Origin: an uncultured Bacteroidales bacterium
GTDB lineage: Bacteria; Bacteroidota; Bacteroidia; Bacteroidales; CHK158-818
Reading direction: 5' to 3'
DNA: 64,000 bases
Assembly (NCBI GenBank): GCA_949300615.1
Contig: CASGEW010000006.1
Span: forward strand, 2,470 to 66,469
Part shown: in pieces, positions 8,283 through 17,964 of the stretch
Numbering within the stretch: the first letter of the stretch is position 1
Layout: every line of letters begins with the position of its first letter
The notes under the pieces: generated by a model
What the model was told of the DNA's origin: nothing
Seen by the model: only the letters and a program-made list of their open reading frames with translations
The model's database searches: none
Translations under genes and position numbers: made by a program

Positions 8283-10103
8283 ATGACAGATGTTCAGGGA
8301 AACGATGTCTTTGAGAATACTCAAAACATCGGACAAAACGCAGAAACTCCGGCTCAAATCAACAACGAAGAGAGCCGATTGACACAAAACGAAACACTAA
8401 CCAAAGAGCAGCTTATTGATCAAATCAAAGATTTAATCGATAAGCCGGTTGATACTGTCAAAGATACCATCGATACACTTAAACAGAGTTACTACAAGAT
8501 ACGCAAGTCTGAGGTAGAAACGCTTCGCAAAGCATATATGGCTAATCATCCCGATGATAACGGAGAAGGATTCACCGTAGAGCCTGACCCTGCCGAAGAA
8601 AAATTGAAAGAACTCCTGAACATCTTCAAAGAAAAAAAAGCCGCTTATCAACAAGAGCAGGAAAAAATCAAAGAGAACAACTATTTACGGAAAATTGCGA
8701 TTATCGACGAAATAAAAAAATTCATCGACGATTCGGACAATATCAATAAATACTACACGCAATTCCAGCAATTACAACAAAACTTCAAAGAGATAACCGA
8801 TATTCCAGCCAACAAGGTTAATGAAGTTTGGAAAACATATCAGGCAACCGTAGAACAATTCTACGACTTGCTAAAAATAAACAAGGAGTTACGCGACTAC
8901 GATTTCAAGAAAAACTTAGACCAGAAAATTGCCTTGTGCGAATCGGCCGAAGCTCTTGCCGCAGAAGAGGATGTTTTATCCGCTTTCCGTACCCTTCAAC
9001 AGCTACATAACGAATGGAGAGAAACAGGCCCGGTGGCAAAAGAATTACGCGAAGAGCTCTGGACCCGATTCAAAAACGCATCATCGGTTATCAACAAACG
9101 ACACCAACAATACTTTGAATCCCAAAAAGAGAATGAGAAAAAAAACGAAGAGGGGAAAACGGCCCTCTGCGAAAAAATCGAAGCCATCGATATGGCCTCT
9201 CTAAAAACATTCGCTGCATGGGATGAAAAAACCAAAGAGATTATCGCGATGCAAGAAGAGTGGAAAACATTTGGATTCGCATCCAGGAAAATGAATAACC
9301 AACTTTTTGAACGATTCAGAGAATCGTGCGATAAATTCTTTAAACAAAAAGCGGAATTTTTCAAATCGGCCAAAGAAGAGATGGCTAAAAACTTGGAAGC
9401 CAAACGCGCTTTGTGCGAAAAAGCAGAAAGCCTGAAAGATAGTACCGATTGGAAAAACACGGCCGACATATTAACCGCTTTACAAAAAGAGTGGAAAACC
9501 ATCGGACCTGTATCCAAAAAATATTCCGACCAGGTATGGAAACGTTTTATCTCCGCCTGCGATTATTTCTTTGAACAAAAGGCCCAGAACAGCTCTTCCA
9601 GAAAGCAAGAAGAGATTCAGAATCTTGCTCTCAAAAAAGAGATTATCGAAAAGTTAGCTCAAATTCCTGATACAATCGATTCAGAAACCGGTATAAAAGA
9701 GATCAAATCGCTTATTGCTGAATGGAATCAAATAGGCCATGTCCCTTATAAAGAAAAAGATAAAATATACAAGGAATACCAAGAGGCGCTTGACCAACAA
9801 TTCGGGAAATTCAGTACGAACGAGAACCGAAAGCGTCTCATCAATTTCTCGTCGTCCGTACAAAAGCTGGCATCCGGAGACCAATCGCAAAACAAGTTAT
9901 ACCGTGAACGCAACAAGCTAATGAAGGCGTTTGAGCGTGCTAAAAACGAATTGCAGACATATAAAAACAATATGGGATTCCTTACCTTATCTTCCAAAAA
10001 TGCCGGGAGTCTGGTAAAAGAGATGGAACGGAAAATGCAAAAGCTACAAGAAGAGATGGATTTAATTGCCAAAAAGATAGATCTCATAGATGAAAACCTG
10101 TAA
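8283..10103 (+). CDS. DUF349 repeat protein
   Basis: It contains repeated ~75-aa helical units with W(K/R)..G......(L/V)W.RF..A.D.FF, which is the DUF349 signature. Confidence 0.8.
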   Translation: MTDVQGNDVFENTQNIGQNAETPAQINNEESRLTQNETLTKEQLIDQIKDLIDKPVDTVKDTIDTLKQSYYKIRKSEVETLRKAYMANHPDDNGEGFTVEPDPAEEKLKELLNIFKEKKAAYQQEQEKIKENNYLRKIAIIDEIKKFIDDSDNINKYYTQFQQLQQNFKEITDIPANKVNEVWKTYQATVEQFYDLLKINKELRDYDFKKNLDQKIALCESAEALAAEEDVLSAFRTLQQLHNEWRETGPVAKELREELWTRFKNASSVINKRHQQYFESQKENEKKNEEGKTALCEKIEAIDMASLKTFAAWDEKTKEIIAMQEEWKTFGFASRKMNNQLFERFRESCDKFFKQKAEFFKSAKEEMAKNLEAKRALCEKAESLKDSTDWKNTADILTALQKEWKTIGPVSKKYSDQVWKRFISACDYFFEQKAQNSSSRKQEEIQNLALKKEIIEKLAQIPDTIDSETGIKEIKSLIAEWNQIGHVPYKEKDKIYKEYQEALDQQFGKFSTNENRKRLINFSSSVQKLASGDQSQNKLYRERNKLMKAFERAKNELQTYKNNMGFLTLSSKNAGSLVKEMERKMQKLQEEMDLIAKKIDLIDENL

Positions 10104-10120
10104 CGTACCATTATACATAA

Positions 10121-10152
10121 AAAAGGCCCAACGGATTGGTTGGGCTTTTTTA
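10121..10152. terminator. bidirectional rho-independent terminator
   Basis: The stem is GCCCAAC(10126-10132)/GTTGGGC(10139-10145). An A-run on the left and a T-run on the right flank it. It lies between convergent genes. Confidence 0.7.
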
Positions 10153-10217
10153 TGTAAATAACGATAAACAAATATATCTTCTCCTAATAACTTCCAAGGA
10201 GAGTTCCAAATATACTT

Positions 10218-11342
10218 TTATTTATTCAACTTATCAATCCAATATGCCGTACGCTTCAAATAATAATCCGGAGCCAGCGGTTTATAGTCCAAATATTTAA
10301 ACTCGGAACATTCAAATGGAACAGCTGGCTCAATTTGAGTACCTTCATGCCACTCGTTAAACGAAGTGATACCTATATAAGAAACTCCGCTTTTAATCGC
10401 ATCGTTAAACATCCGATCGTAATATTTCCCATTTTCACGGTCTCTGGTCGTAGAACCATTCCACGGACGAACCCGCGTATCGATGTAGCCAGGCCCTACA
10501 CAAGGGATGAATATCTTTTTGTTTGCAACAGCCCATTTCTGCATATAGGGCCAATTTTCCGGAGACGATCCATACGTAAAATTCGTTGCCGCAAAATAGG
10601 TATAATATCCGTCGAACCCAGATTTGCGGAAAAATTCCTCTTCCCCCTTTTTCACCCACAAACCGATCAAGACAGCATCCAAAGGAGTATTGCGAATGGT
10701 TATTTCGCCATCCGGTTGCAACAAAGTTGCCCATTCCTCCGCTTTTGTCAGATATGAATCATAAATAAAGAAACAAGGCTTTCCTTCCATCCGATAAAAA
10801 GCCGGATGAGTTCCATACTCCTGCAATAAATTCTCGATATCCTCTCTGACCGACTTGGCATTTCGTCCGCCATAAGGTTCTAAATGGAAGCAGACTTTCA
10901 GCCCTACTTTTTGGGCCTCATCCAAAATGATAGGAATCGCTTTCAACCCCGAATCGGACTTACGCCACCACGTAAGTACAACAACACCAATCCGTGCATC
11001 GGCCATCATCTTCATGTGTTTTGCGACAATTCCCGGGTCATTGCTGCTGTAATTTCCCAACTCGGGATAAAAATTACTTGCCAAATTTTCTTTTCCCGGA
11101 ATACGAGGCCGATCCGGATCCGTAGGAGACTGTTTTAGCACATTATGAGACCAATGTATCTCCTGCCCATCAAACGAGGTATTTCCATACCAATTATAAT
11201 AAAAACAGAAGGCCCGCTCATTAGGTATCTGGGCCAGCAGCCGCATCGAACACATCAAAAGCACAACACACAAGCCAACACCCCCCAATAAGGACACCGA
11301 ACATCTACGAATTAACATATACCATCTCTTTTTAATCGTCAT
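10218..11342 (-). CDS. glycoside hydrolase family 99 (endo-alpha-mannosidase-like)
   Basis: FCFYYNWYGN and ITSFNEWHEGTQIEP match the conserved GH99 catalytic motif (NEWHEG.QIE). A signal/TM N-terminus is present. Confidence 0.8.
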   Translation of the reverse strand: MTIKKRWYMLIRRCSVSLLGGVGLCVVLLMCSMRLLAQIPNERAFCFYYNWYGNTSFDGQEIHWSHNVLKQSPTDPDRPRIPGKENLASNFYPELGNYSSNDPGIVAKHMKMMADARIGVVVLTWWRKSDSGLKAIPIILDEAQKVGLKVCFHLEPYGGRNAKSVREDIENLLQEYGTHPAFYRMEGKPCFFIYDSYLTKAEEWATLLQPDGEITIRNTPLDAVLIGLWVKKGEEEFFRKSGFDGYYTYFAATNFTYGSSPENWPYMQKWAVANKKIFIPCVGPGYIDTRVRPWNGSTTRDRENGKYYDRMFNDAIKSGVSYIGITSFNEWHEGTQIEPAVPFECSEFKYLDYKPLAPDYYLKRTAYWIDKLNK

Positions 11343-11556
11343 AACCTATTACATTTGAATGTTTTTCTTTTCAAATCAGCAACAAAACCATCAAGAATCT
11401 CATTCAAGATTACAAAACAATAGCATAGGTATCTCTAATTGTCATGATATAGAAAAACAAATTGATAATGAAGGCCCAAGAAAATTCACAAAAAATCATC
11501 CAAGGCCCTTTTAGCTAATTCTTAGAAAAACAAAATATCTCAATAACCTAATTTAA

Positions 11557-14319
11557 TTATAAATCTTTCGCCTCAAAGGAATATGTTCCCGAAGGAATTT
11601 CAAATACGGCAAATCCATCGCGCGTTCCCTTGTATTTTACTTTACGGGCCTTTCGTACAGAAAGTCCGCTTTCTGTCAATTTGGAATCTTTCTGTGCCGG
11701 AAGGTACACCGTAGCGGTACTTCCCACCGGAACCACCGTATTCAAACAGAAACGTTCTTTATCTTTCTTCCAGCCAACAGAGGCTTCGCCATACGGTGTG
11801 CGGACGGAATAGGAGGCAAACGAGAGGCTGTCCGTAGCAACCGGCTTGATGACAATATGTTTATATCCGGGTTGTTCCGGATCAATAGTCATGCCAGCCA
11901 CTTTCCGGTAGAACCACACCAATCCTCCGCCAAACATGGGATGATTCCGGGAATTTCCCCCGTCCCATTGCTCCCAGGTAGTTGTTGCACCTTGTGCTAT
12001 CCAATGGCCAAAACTGGGGAAATCGCGTTTATTCATAGCTCCATAAGCCAAACGGTTCAAACCATTGTCTGTCAGCACCTCAAAAAGCAGTTGGGTAGCA
12101 AAAATCCCGGTATTCAAATGTCCGTTATTCTCTTCTATCTCTTTTTTCAGGGTATTTACCACCGCCTCTTTACAATCGTCGGGGACCCCCATATGCAAGG
12201 CAAACACGTTGCTACCGAAACCTCCATAGGTAGCGTTTGCCGCATCATAAAATTTTTGATGGAAAGCATCTTTCACCTTTGCGGCAAGATCTAAATAAAC
12301 CGCCTCATCATCTTTATTACCCAAGGCTTTTGCCGTTTTTGCCGTAAGGTCCATGCACCGCCACATAAAATAGGTATGAACCAGTTCGTCCGAAGGGAAT
12401 TTATAAGGCGGGCACCATTCTCCCAAATTCATCCAATAAACGGGATCCTTGCCGAAAGGCATCTTCGACAACATCGTTCCTTCGGGTGTTTGCCACATCT
12501 GCATATAACGTACCTGTTCCTTCATGGCGGTATAGTTCCGTTCAAGCATATCCCGGTCGCCGTAGTGCAAATAAAACTCCCACGGCATGATATTCATGGC
12601 TGCTCCCCACGGTACTCCGCCGCCACAGCCCGGTTGCCAGGGCGCTCCATTAGGGACATAACCGTTCTCTGTATTTTGGGCATCCCAAATATCTTGAATC
12701 CATTTGGTATAGAAAGCGGCAGCATCGAAATTGTGCATAACGGTATTGCAGGAGACCTGTCCGTCGCCCGTATATGCCGAACGTTCGCGGTGAGGACAAT
12801 CGCTGGCCACGCCTCCGTGCATATTGTCTTTCTGGCTACGCTGCCATATTTGATTGATCCGATTGAACAACGGATTGGAACACTCGAATTTCCCGGTAGT
12901 CTCCACGTTGCTATAAACAGCCTCGGCCGTCAGATTATCGGCCGATATAGATCCTTTCCAATTTTTAATCTGTACCTTCCGGAAAACAAACCAGGTAAAC
13001 CGGGCTGCATACGATTCCGAACCCGTACCTTTCAACGTATATTTATTGGTCCCGTTGGGCGACTCGCTAAGGTATTTTATCTCGATCGTTTCTCCCGCAT
13101 TACCTTGTATTCCATCTAATCTCAACCATCCGGAAATCTCTTCCCCAAAATCCACTTCATAAGTTCCATCTTTCAACAACACGATGGATACCGGTTTATG
13201 CTCTTCCATCACCCTGTCGGGAAGGCCCATTTGTGCTGACAAGATTCCCTTCGGTGCTTTTCGCAGAACCACATTTTGCCAATTTTTTGTATCACATTCA
13301 GGCGTAGCCCAATGTGGGATTTCTAAACGGGCGTCATAGATCTCTCCAAAATAAACGCCATCACTAACAATGGCACTGCGATGGGCTTGCCAACTCTCAT
13401 CTGAAACAATCGTCTCTTTCGTTCCATCGGTATAGGTAATCTCTATTTGTCCCAAGAAACGAGGAGATCCATATCCACGTGTCCACACAACGACCGGATT
13501 ATAGAACCCGTTACCCAAGATACACCCTACCGTATTTTTACCGGGTTTCAATAAATCGGTCAAATCGTAACACATATACAAAACCCGGTATGCCCGGAAT
13601 TTATCATCGACCGGTATGCCCGTTTTATCCAAATCGGGACGTTCCGTATAATTGGTTTGATTGGGAGAGAGAACATCTTCGCCAACCTTCTGTCCATTCA
13701 AATAGAGTTCAAAATATCCCAATCCCGTAACAAATGCTTTTGCCGATGCGATCTCTTTGTTGATCGTAAAATCTTTCCGCATCAGAGGTGCCGGAACCGG
13801 TGTAGGATCCGGCAATTGATAACGAGCCTCTTCTCCCTGCCACGGTGCACCGATCCATTTTGCTTTCCAATCGGAGGGTTGCAACAATCCCATGCCCCAA
13901 TAGGCCGGACGGCTCCACGCCGAGACATCCCCCTTGGCATCCCAGACCCTCACTTGCCACCAGCACTCTTGCCTGGATGACAACTCTTTTCCTTTATAGG
14001 CAATTAAATTGGATTGGTCGGACTTGACCTTTCCACTATCCCACAAATCGGCCTTATCCGCGAACAAAAGGTCTTTTGAAGAAGCTACCCGTATTTGCCA
14101 GGCAGTCTGTTTTTCTCCTCTCACTCCAATATCCGTCAACTGATTGATCCACGACAAGCGAGGATTCAACCGATCAATTACCGGAGGATTCTCCATATAC
14201 TCGCACGTTAGTCTAATCGGCTTAATCATCGATTTACCATCGGCCTTAACAACTCCCGGGATTGCACAAAAGACAATCATCAACCATGAAAACAAGTAAT
14301 ACTCTTTTAAATGTCTCAT
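11557..14319 (-). CDS. glycoside hydrolase family 78 (alpha-L-rhamnosidase)
   Basis: This 920-aa protein has an N-terminus (LTCEYMENPPVIDRLNPRLSWI) typical of the bacterial rhamnosidase N-domain. An (alpha/alpha)6 core follows. Confidence 0.8.
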   Translation of the reverse strand: MRHLKEYYLFSWLMIVFCAIPGVVKADGKSMIKPIRLTCEYMENPPVIDRLNPRLSWINQLTDIGVRGEKQTAWQIRVASSKDLLFADKADLWDSGKVKSDQSNLIAYKGKELSSRQECWWQVRVWDAKGDVSAWSRPAYWGMGLLQPSDWKAKWIGAPWQGEEARYQLPDPTPVPAPLMRKDFTINKEIASAKAFVTGLGYFELYLNGQKVGEDVLSPNQTNYTERPDLDKTGIPVDDKFRAYRVLYMCYDLTDLLKPGKNTVGCILGNGFYNPVVVWTRGYGSPRFLGQIEITYTDGTKETIVSDESWQAHRSAIVSDGVYFGEIYDARLEIPHWATPECDTKNWQNVVLRKAPKGILSAQMGLPDRVMEEHKPVSIVLLKDGTYEVDFGEEISGWLRLDGIQGNAGETIEIKYLSESPNGTNKYTLKGTGSESYAARFTWFVFRKVQIKNWKGSISADNLTAEAVYSNVETTGKFECSNPLFNRINQIWQRSQKDNMHGGVASDCPHRERSAYTGDGQVSCNTVMHNFDAAAFYTKWIQDIWDAQNTENGYVPNGAPWQPGCGGGVPWGAAMNIMPWEFYLHYGDRDMLERNYTAMKEQVRYMQMWQTPEGTMLSKMPFGKDPVYWMNLGEWCPPYKFPSDELVHTYFMWRCMDLTAKTAKALGNKDDEAVYLDLAAKVKDAFHQKFYDAANATYGGFGSNVFALHMGVPDDCKEAVVNTLKKEIEENNGHLNTGIFATQLLFEVLTDNGLNRLAYGAMNKRDFPSFGHWIAQGATTTWEQWDGGNSRNHPMFGGGLVWFYRKVAGMTIDPEQPGYKHIVIKPVATDSLSFASYSVRTPYGEASVGWKKDKERFCLNTVVPVGSTATVYLPAQKDSKLTESGLSVRKARKVKYKGTRDGFAVFEIPSGTYSFEAKDL

Positions 14320-14359
14320 TGTAAATGTTTTTGTAAAAAATACAGATAAGATAATCTAT

Positions 14360-14367
14360 CAAAGATA
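14360..14367 (-). promoter_or_regulatory. candidate -7 promoter box (TATCTTTG on minus strand)
   Basis: The plus strand reads CAAAGATA, 41 nt upstream of the GH78 ATG (14319). Confidence 0.4.
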
Positions 14368-14549
14368 AACCAACGAACTAAGTCAAAATACGACAAATAA
14401 CTGTGGAAATAATCAGACAAAAGCAGCATCTCAACAAATCGCTGTGTTTTTCATACTATCAAACAACCTCTCCTATCCGCAAAATTAAAATTATTTCATC
14501 AAACAAAAAATGATAGATAGGAAAATTTTATTCAAAGAATATTTTATAA

Positions 14550-14579
14550 ATATCAGAGAGAGAGAACGATCTCTGATAT
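14550..14579. repeat. inverted repeat / hairpin in long intergenic region
   Basis: The arms are ATATCAGAG (14550-14558) and CTCTGATAT (14571-14579), a 9-bp stem with a 12-nt loop. Confidence 0.5.
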
Positions 14580-15296
14580 CCCTTTCTCAAAACAGGGTAA
14601 CTCATTGAAATCATTATCCTATATCCAAAGATACGAAACAAAACCGTAAAAAAGATTCGGATAAATTCCGATTATAAACAAACCAAAGTTGACAAAAAAC
14701 AAATACATCCGGTCATTTCTTATAATTAGTCTAAATAAAAAGTAAATAAAGAGATAAAGGACCATACTTTACGTAAAATTATCCCTAAATTCTTTGGATT
14801 ATTATAACCTTAATCTATTGGAACATAAGCGATATAAATCCTTAGCACTTGATTTATAGCGTATCTACCTAATAAAAGAAACAAGAAAAAAGCCCCCAAC
14901 AATCCATCCAAATAAAAGATTTCAATATCTTTGTTATCTGTATAAAATGATAAAAAACTAATCATTTGCTCCGATAAATATATTATATTTGGAGTTCCGC
15001 TATCGAACCTCATACTACCAAATTGATCGATCCGATATTAATTGAGACGATACGGCGAAATGGTACGGAAAAACAGACAAACACCTTTTATTTGTCTGAC
15101 TACTTAATGATTGAACAATCATATTATAAAAAATTATTTTCGACGGAGAACTACGGTCAAAGATGTCAGATAAACGACATACAACATATTTATATTTAGA
15201 CGAAACGAATAGTAAGAAAAAAACAGATACCATAAGATACTACAAAGAAAATCGTCGTCCAATACAATCAGAACAACACACCTTAATTCAACCGAC

Positions 15297-16880
15297 ATGA
15301 ACCTGAAACACTTTTTTTGTATCATTCTTTCCATCACAACCTATTATTCCGTAGAAGCGCAACAGGTATGGACACCCGACAACGGAAACGGGACTTTTAC
15401 AAATCCAATCATGTGGGGAGACTGGCCTGATCCGGATATTATCCGAGTAGGCGATGACTTCTATCTGGTATCTACCAGTATGCACTATGTTCCGGGATGC
15501 CCTATCGCCACCTCAAAAGACCTGGTCAACTGGAAAATGGTAGGATATGCCGTAGAACGTTACGACGAAGATCCCCGTTACGATATGCAAAACGGGCAAC
15601 TATACCTGAACGGTTCATGGGCCAGTACCATCCGTTATCACAAAGGAAAATTTTATGTAGGTTTTTGTACTCCCTACGGTTGGGGAACGGAAACGGGACA
15701 TTTCTCAATCTGTATTGCCGACAAGCCGGATGGCCCTTGGGAACGTACTATCTTCCCGGAGTACCTGTATGACCCGGGGCTGTTCTTCGACGACGACGGA
15801 AAAGTGTATGTCGTCCACGGACAAGGGACATTATACATTACCGAATTGAACTCCGATGTAAAATCAGTCAAAGGAAAACCGGTAGAAATCTGGAACAAAC
15901 GATTCAAAGATAGCCAAACCTTCGGGGAAAACTTCGGGATGGAAGGCTCGCATATGTACAAAATCAACGGGAAATATTACATTACTTGTCCGGCCGGAGG
16001 CACAAAAGGATGGCAAGTATGCCTCCGCTCAGACCATATTTACGGTCCCTACGAACATAAGGTAATCATGCAGGACGACAGCTCTTATCCTCCTAACGGA
16101 TTACATCAGGGGGGAATGGTTCAATTAAAAAATGGCGATTGGTGGTTCATCATCATGCAGGACCGCGGCCCCATCGGGCGTGTTCCCTACCTGTTGCCGG
16201 TAAAGTGGATAGACGGATGGCCCATGTTGGGGGACAACGGGAAAGATGTCATTACCTATCCCAAACCGGATGTAGGGAAAAAACAACAACCATTGAGTGC
16301 TCCGGCAACATCGGATGAATTCAAAAGCAAAAAATTGGGATTGCAATGGCAATGGAACCATAACCCGGACCCTCAGAAATGGACTCTCACCGAAAGACCT
16401 GGATATATGCGGTTAAAAGCATCTCTGGCTACAAACCTGAAAGAGGCCCGCAATACCTTGACCCAACGCGTACAAGGCCCCTCTTGCGAAGGGACGGTAG
16501 AAATGGACGTAACAAATTTAAGAGAGGGAAATGTTGCCGGATTTGGGATATTCCAATTCCCGTATGCCTACGTCGCCGTACAACAAGAGGGTAATACCCG
16601 GAAAATAATCATGTGCAATAACGACCAGACAGAAGAGGTTATTGAAAATTTTAAAGGAGACAAACTATGGATCAGGTCCAGAGTAACCGACAAAACCTTT
16701 ACCGCCCAATTTTATTATAGCCTCGATGGTCGAGAATTTCATCCGATAGGGAATGAATTGAAAATGGGATTAGGACTACCTTGGACAGCCAACCGATTTG
16801 CCCTTTTCAATTTCAGCACAAAAGAGATGGGCTTAGATGGATATGCCGATTTCAATTGGTTCCGTTTTACCGGCAAATAA
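15297..16880 (+). CDS. glycoside hydrolase family 43 (beta-xylosidase/arabinofuranosidase-type) with C-terminal beta-sandwich
   Basis: The sequence NPIMWGDWPDPDIIRVGDDFYLVSTS contains the GH43 catalytic Asp motif. A signal peptide is present. Confidence 0.85.
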   Translation: MNLKHFFCIILSITTYYSVEAQQVWTPDNGNGTFTNPIMWGDWPDPDIIRVGDDFYLVSTSMHYVPGCPIATSKDLVNWKMVGYAVERYDEDPRYDMQNGQLYLNGSWASTIRYHKGKFYVGFCTPYGWGTETGHFSICIADKPDGPWERTIFPEYLYDPGLFFDDDGKVYVVHGQGTLYITELNSDVKSVKGKPVEIWNKRFKDSQTFGENFGMEGSHMYKINGKYYITCPAGGTKGWQVCLRSDHIYGPYEHKVIMQDDSSYPPNGLHQGGMVQLKNGDWWFIIMQDRGPIGRVPYLLPVKWIDGWPMLGDNGKDVITYPKPDVGKKQQPLSAPATSDEFKSKKLGLQWQWNHNPDPQKWTLTERPGYMRLKASLATNLKEARNTLTQRVQGPSCEGTVEMDVTNLREGNVAGFGIFQFPYAYVAVQQEGNTRKIIMCNNDQTEEVIENFKGDKLWIRSRVTDKTFTAQFYYSLDGREFHPIGNELKMGLGLPWTANRFALFNFSTKEMGLDGYADFNWFRFTGK

Positions 16881-16989
16881 AATTAGCCATGAACCAAACA
16901 AGAGGTATATGAAAAATACACTAACTCCATCTGATTGGCAAAATAGATTTTCATCACGTTAAGTTCAGGACATTTTATCTTATACTATT

Positions 16990-17964
16990 ATGAAAAAATT
17001 GAGTCTTATTCAACTAATCTTGATAAACCTCATTGCCGGTTTCTGGGGATGTGCCCAAAAAATAAACAACCCGACGCTACAATCTACAAAAAAATGGATT
17101 AAGTACGAAGGAAGCCCGGTATTAGGTGGAGGTAATTTAGGAACAGTGTTCGATATCTGTGTCTTGAAAGATGACGAAACATACAAGATGTATTGTTCAT
17201 GGCGCCCTCAAAAAAGCATAGCTGTATCCATAAGCAAGGATGGGAAAAACTGGAGCGATCCCGAGATCGTTTTGTCTCCTCTGGAAACAAGTAAATGGGA
17301 ACAGGACCTGAATCGCCCTGTTGTCGTATATAAAGACGGGAAATATCATATGTGGTACACCGGACAGGCTGATGGGCAATCGCGGATAGGTTATGCCATA
17401 AGCGAGGATGGATATCATTTTGAGAGACAAAGCTTAGAGCCTGTACTATCCCCGGACACTCCTTGGGAAAAAGTTGCCGTGATGTGCCCTCACGTGATTT
17501 GGGATAAAAAAGAGAAAATATTTAAGATGTGGTATTCGGGGGACGAACAATATGAACCGGACGCCATCGGATATGCGACAAGCCATGATGGCTTAAACTG
17601 GGACAAATTTGACAAAAATCCGGTTTTCCAGGCAGATCCTGAAAAAAGCTGGGAACAATATAAGGTAACAGCCTGTCAGGTGATAAAACGAAAAAAAGAC
17701 TATTTGATGTTTTATATCGGTTTTCATGATATCAATTTTGCCCAAATAGGAATGGCCCGTTCTCCAAACGGAATAGATAACTGGGAACGATATCCGCAAA
17801 ATCCGATCATCACACCGACGCCTGTCGGATGGGATGCCAGCGCCACTTACAAACCTTTTGCCATCCAAGAAAAGGATTGTTGGATGCTTTGGTACAATGG
17901 AAGAAACGAGGCGTTAGAACAGATCGGACTGGCTATATACGATAACCATGACTTGGATTTTTAA
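16990..17964 (+). CDS. five-bladed beta-propeller glycosidase (GH130/GH43-like) lipoprotein
   Basis: A lipobox (AGFWGC) is present. Propeller-blade motifs repeat through the protein (DG.NW, MWY(T/S)G, IGYA.S.DG). The exact family is not resolvable by eye. Confidence 0.5.
   Translation: MKKLSLIQLILINLIAGFWGCAQKINNPTLQSTKKWIKYEGSPVLGGGNLGTVFDICVLKDDETYKMYCSWRPQKSIAVSISKDGKNWSDPEIVLSPLETSKWEQDLNRPVVVYKDGKYHMWYTGQADGQSRIGYAISEDGYHFERQSLEPVLSPDTPWEKVAVMCPHVIWDKKEKIFKMWYSGDEQYEPDAIGYATSHDGLNWDKFDKNPVFQADPEKSWEQYKVTACQVIKRKKDYLMFYIGFHDINFAQIGMARSPNGIDNWERYPQNPIITPTPVGWDASATYKPFAIQEKDCWMLWYNGRNEALEQIGLAIYDNHDLDF

Noticed and set aside
12376-13119. 247-aa plus-strand ORF inside GH78; similar cases are 30555..31181 inside recA/bcp, 31725..32336 inside kbl and 42056..42606 inside the OmpA-like gene
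   Set aside because: All lie antisense to genes with strong family signatures, and none has recognisable domains.
14810-15233. Two abutting small minus-strand ORFs (72 and 67 aa) in the long AT-rich spacer
   Set aside because: I did not call them as genes. There are no recognisable motifs, the AT-rich composition easily generates such ORFs, and they are in different frames. I kept them only as an item inside the intergenic-region finding.
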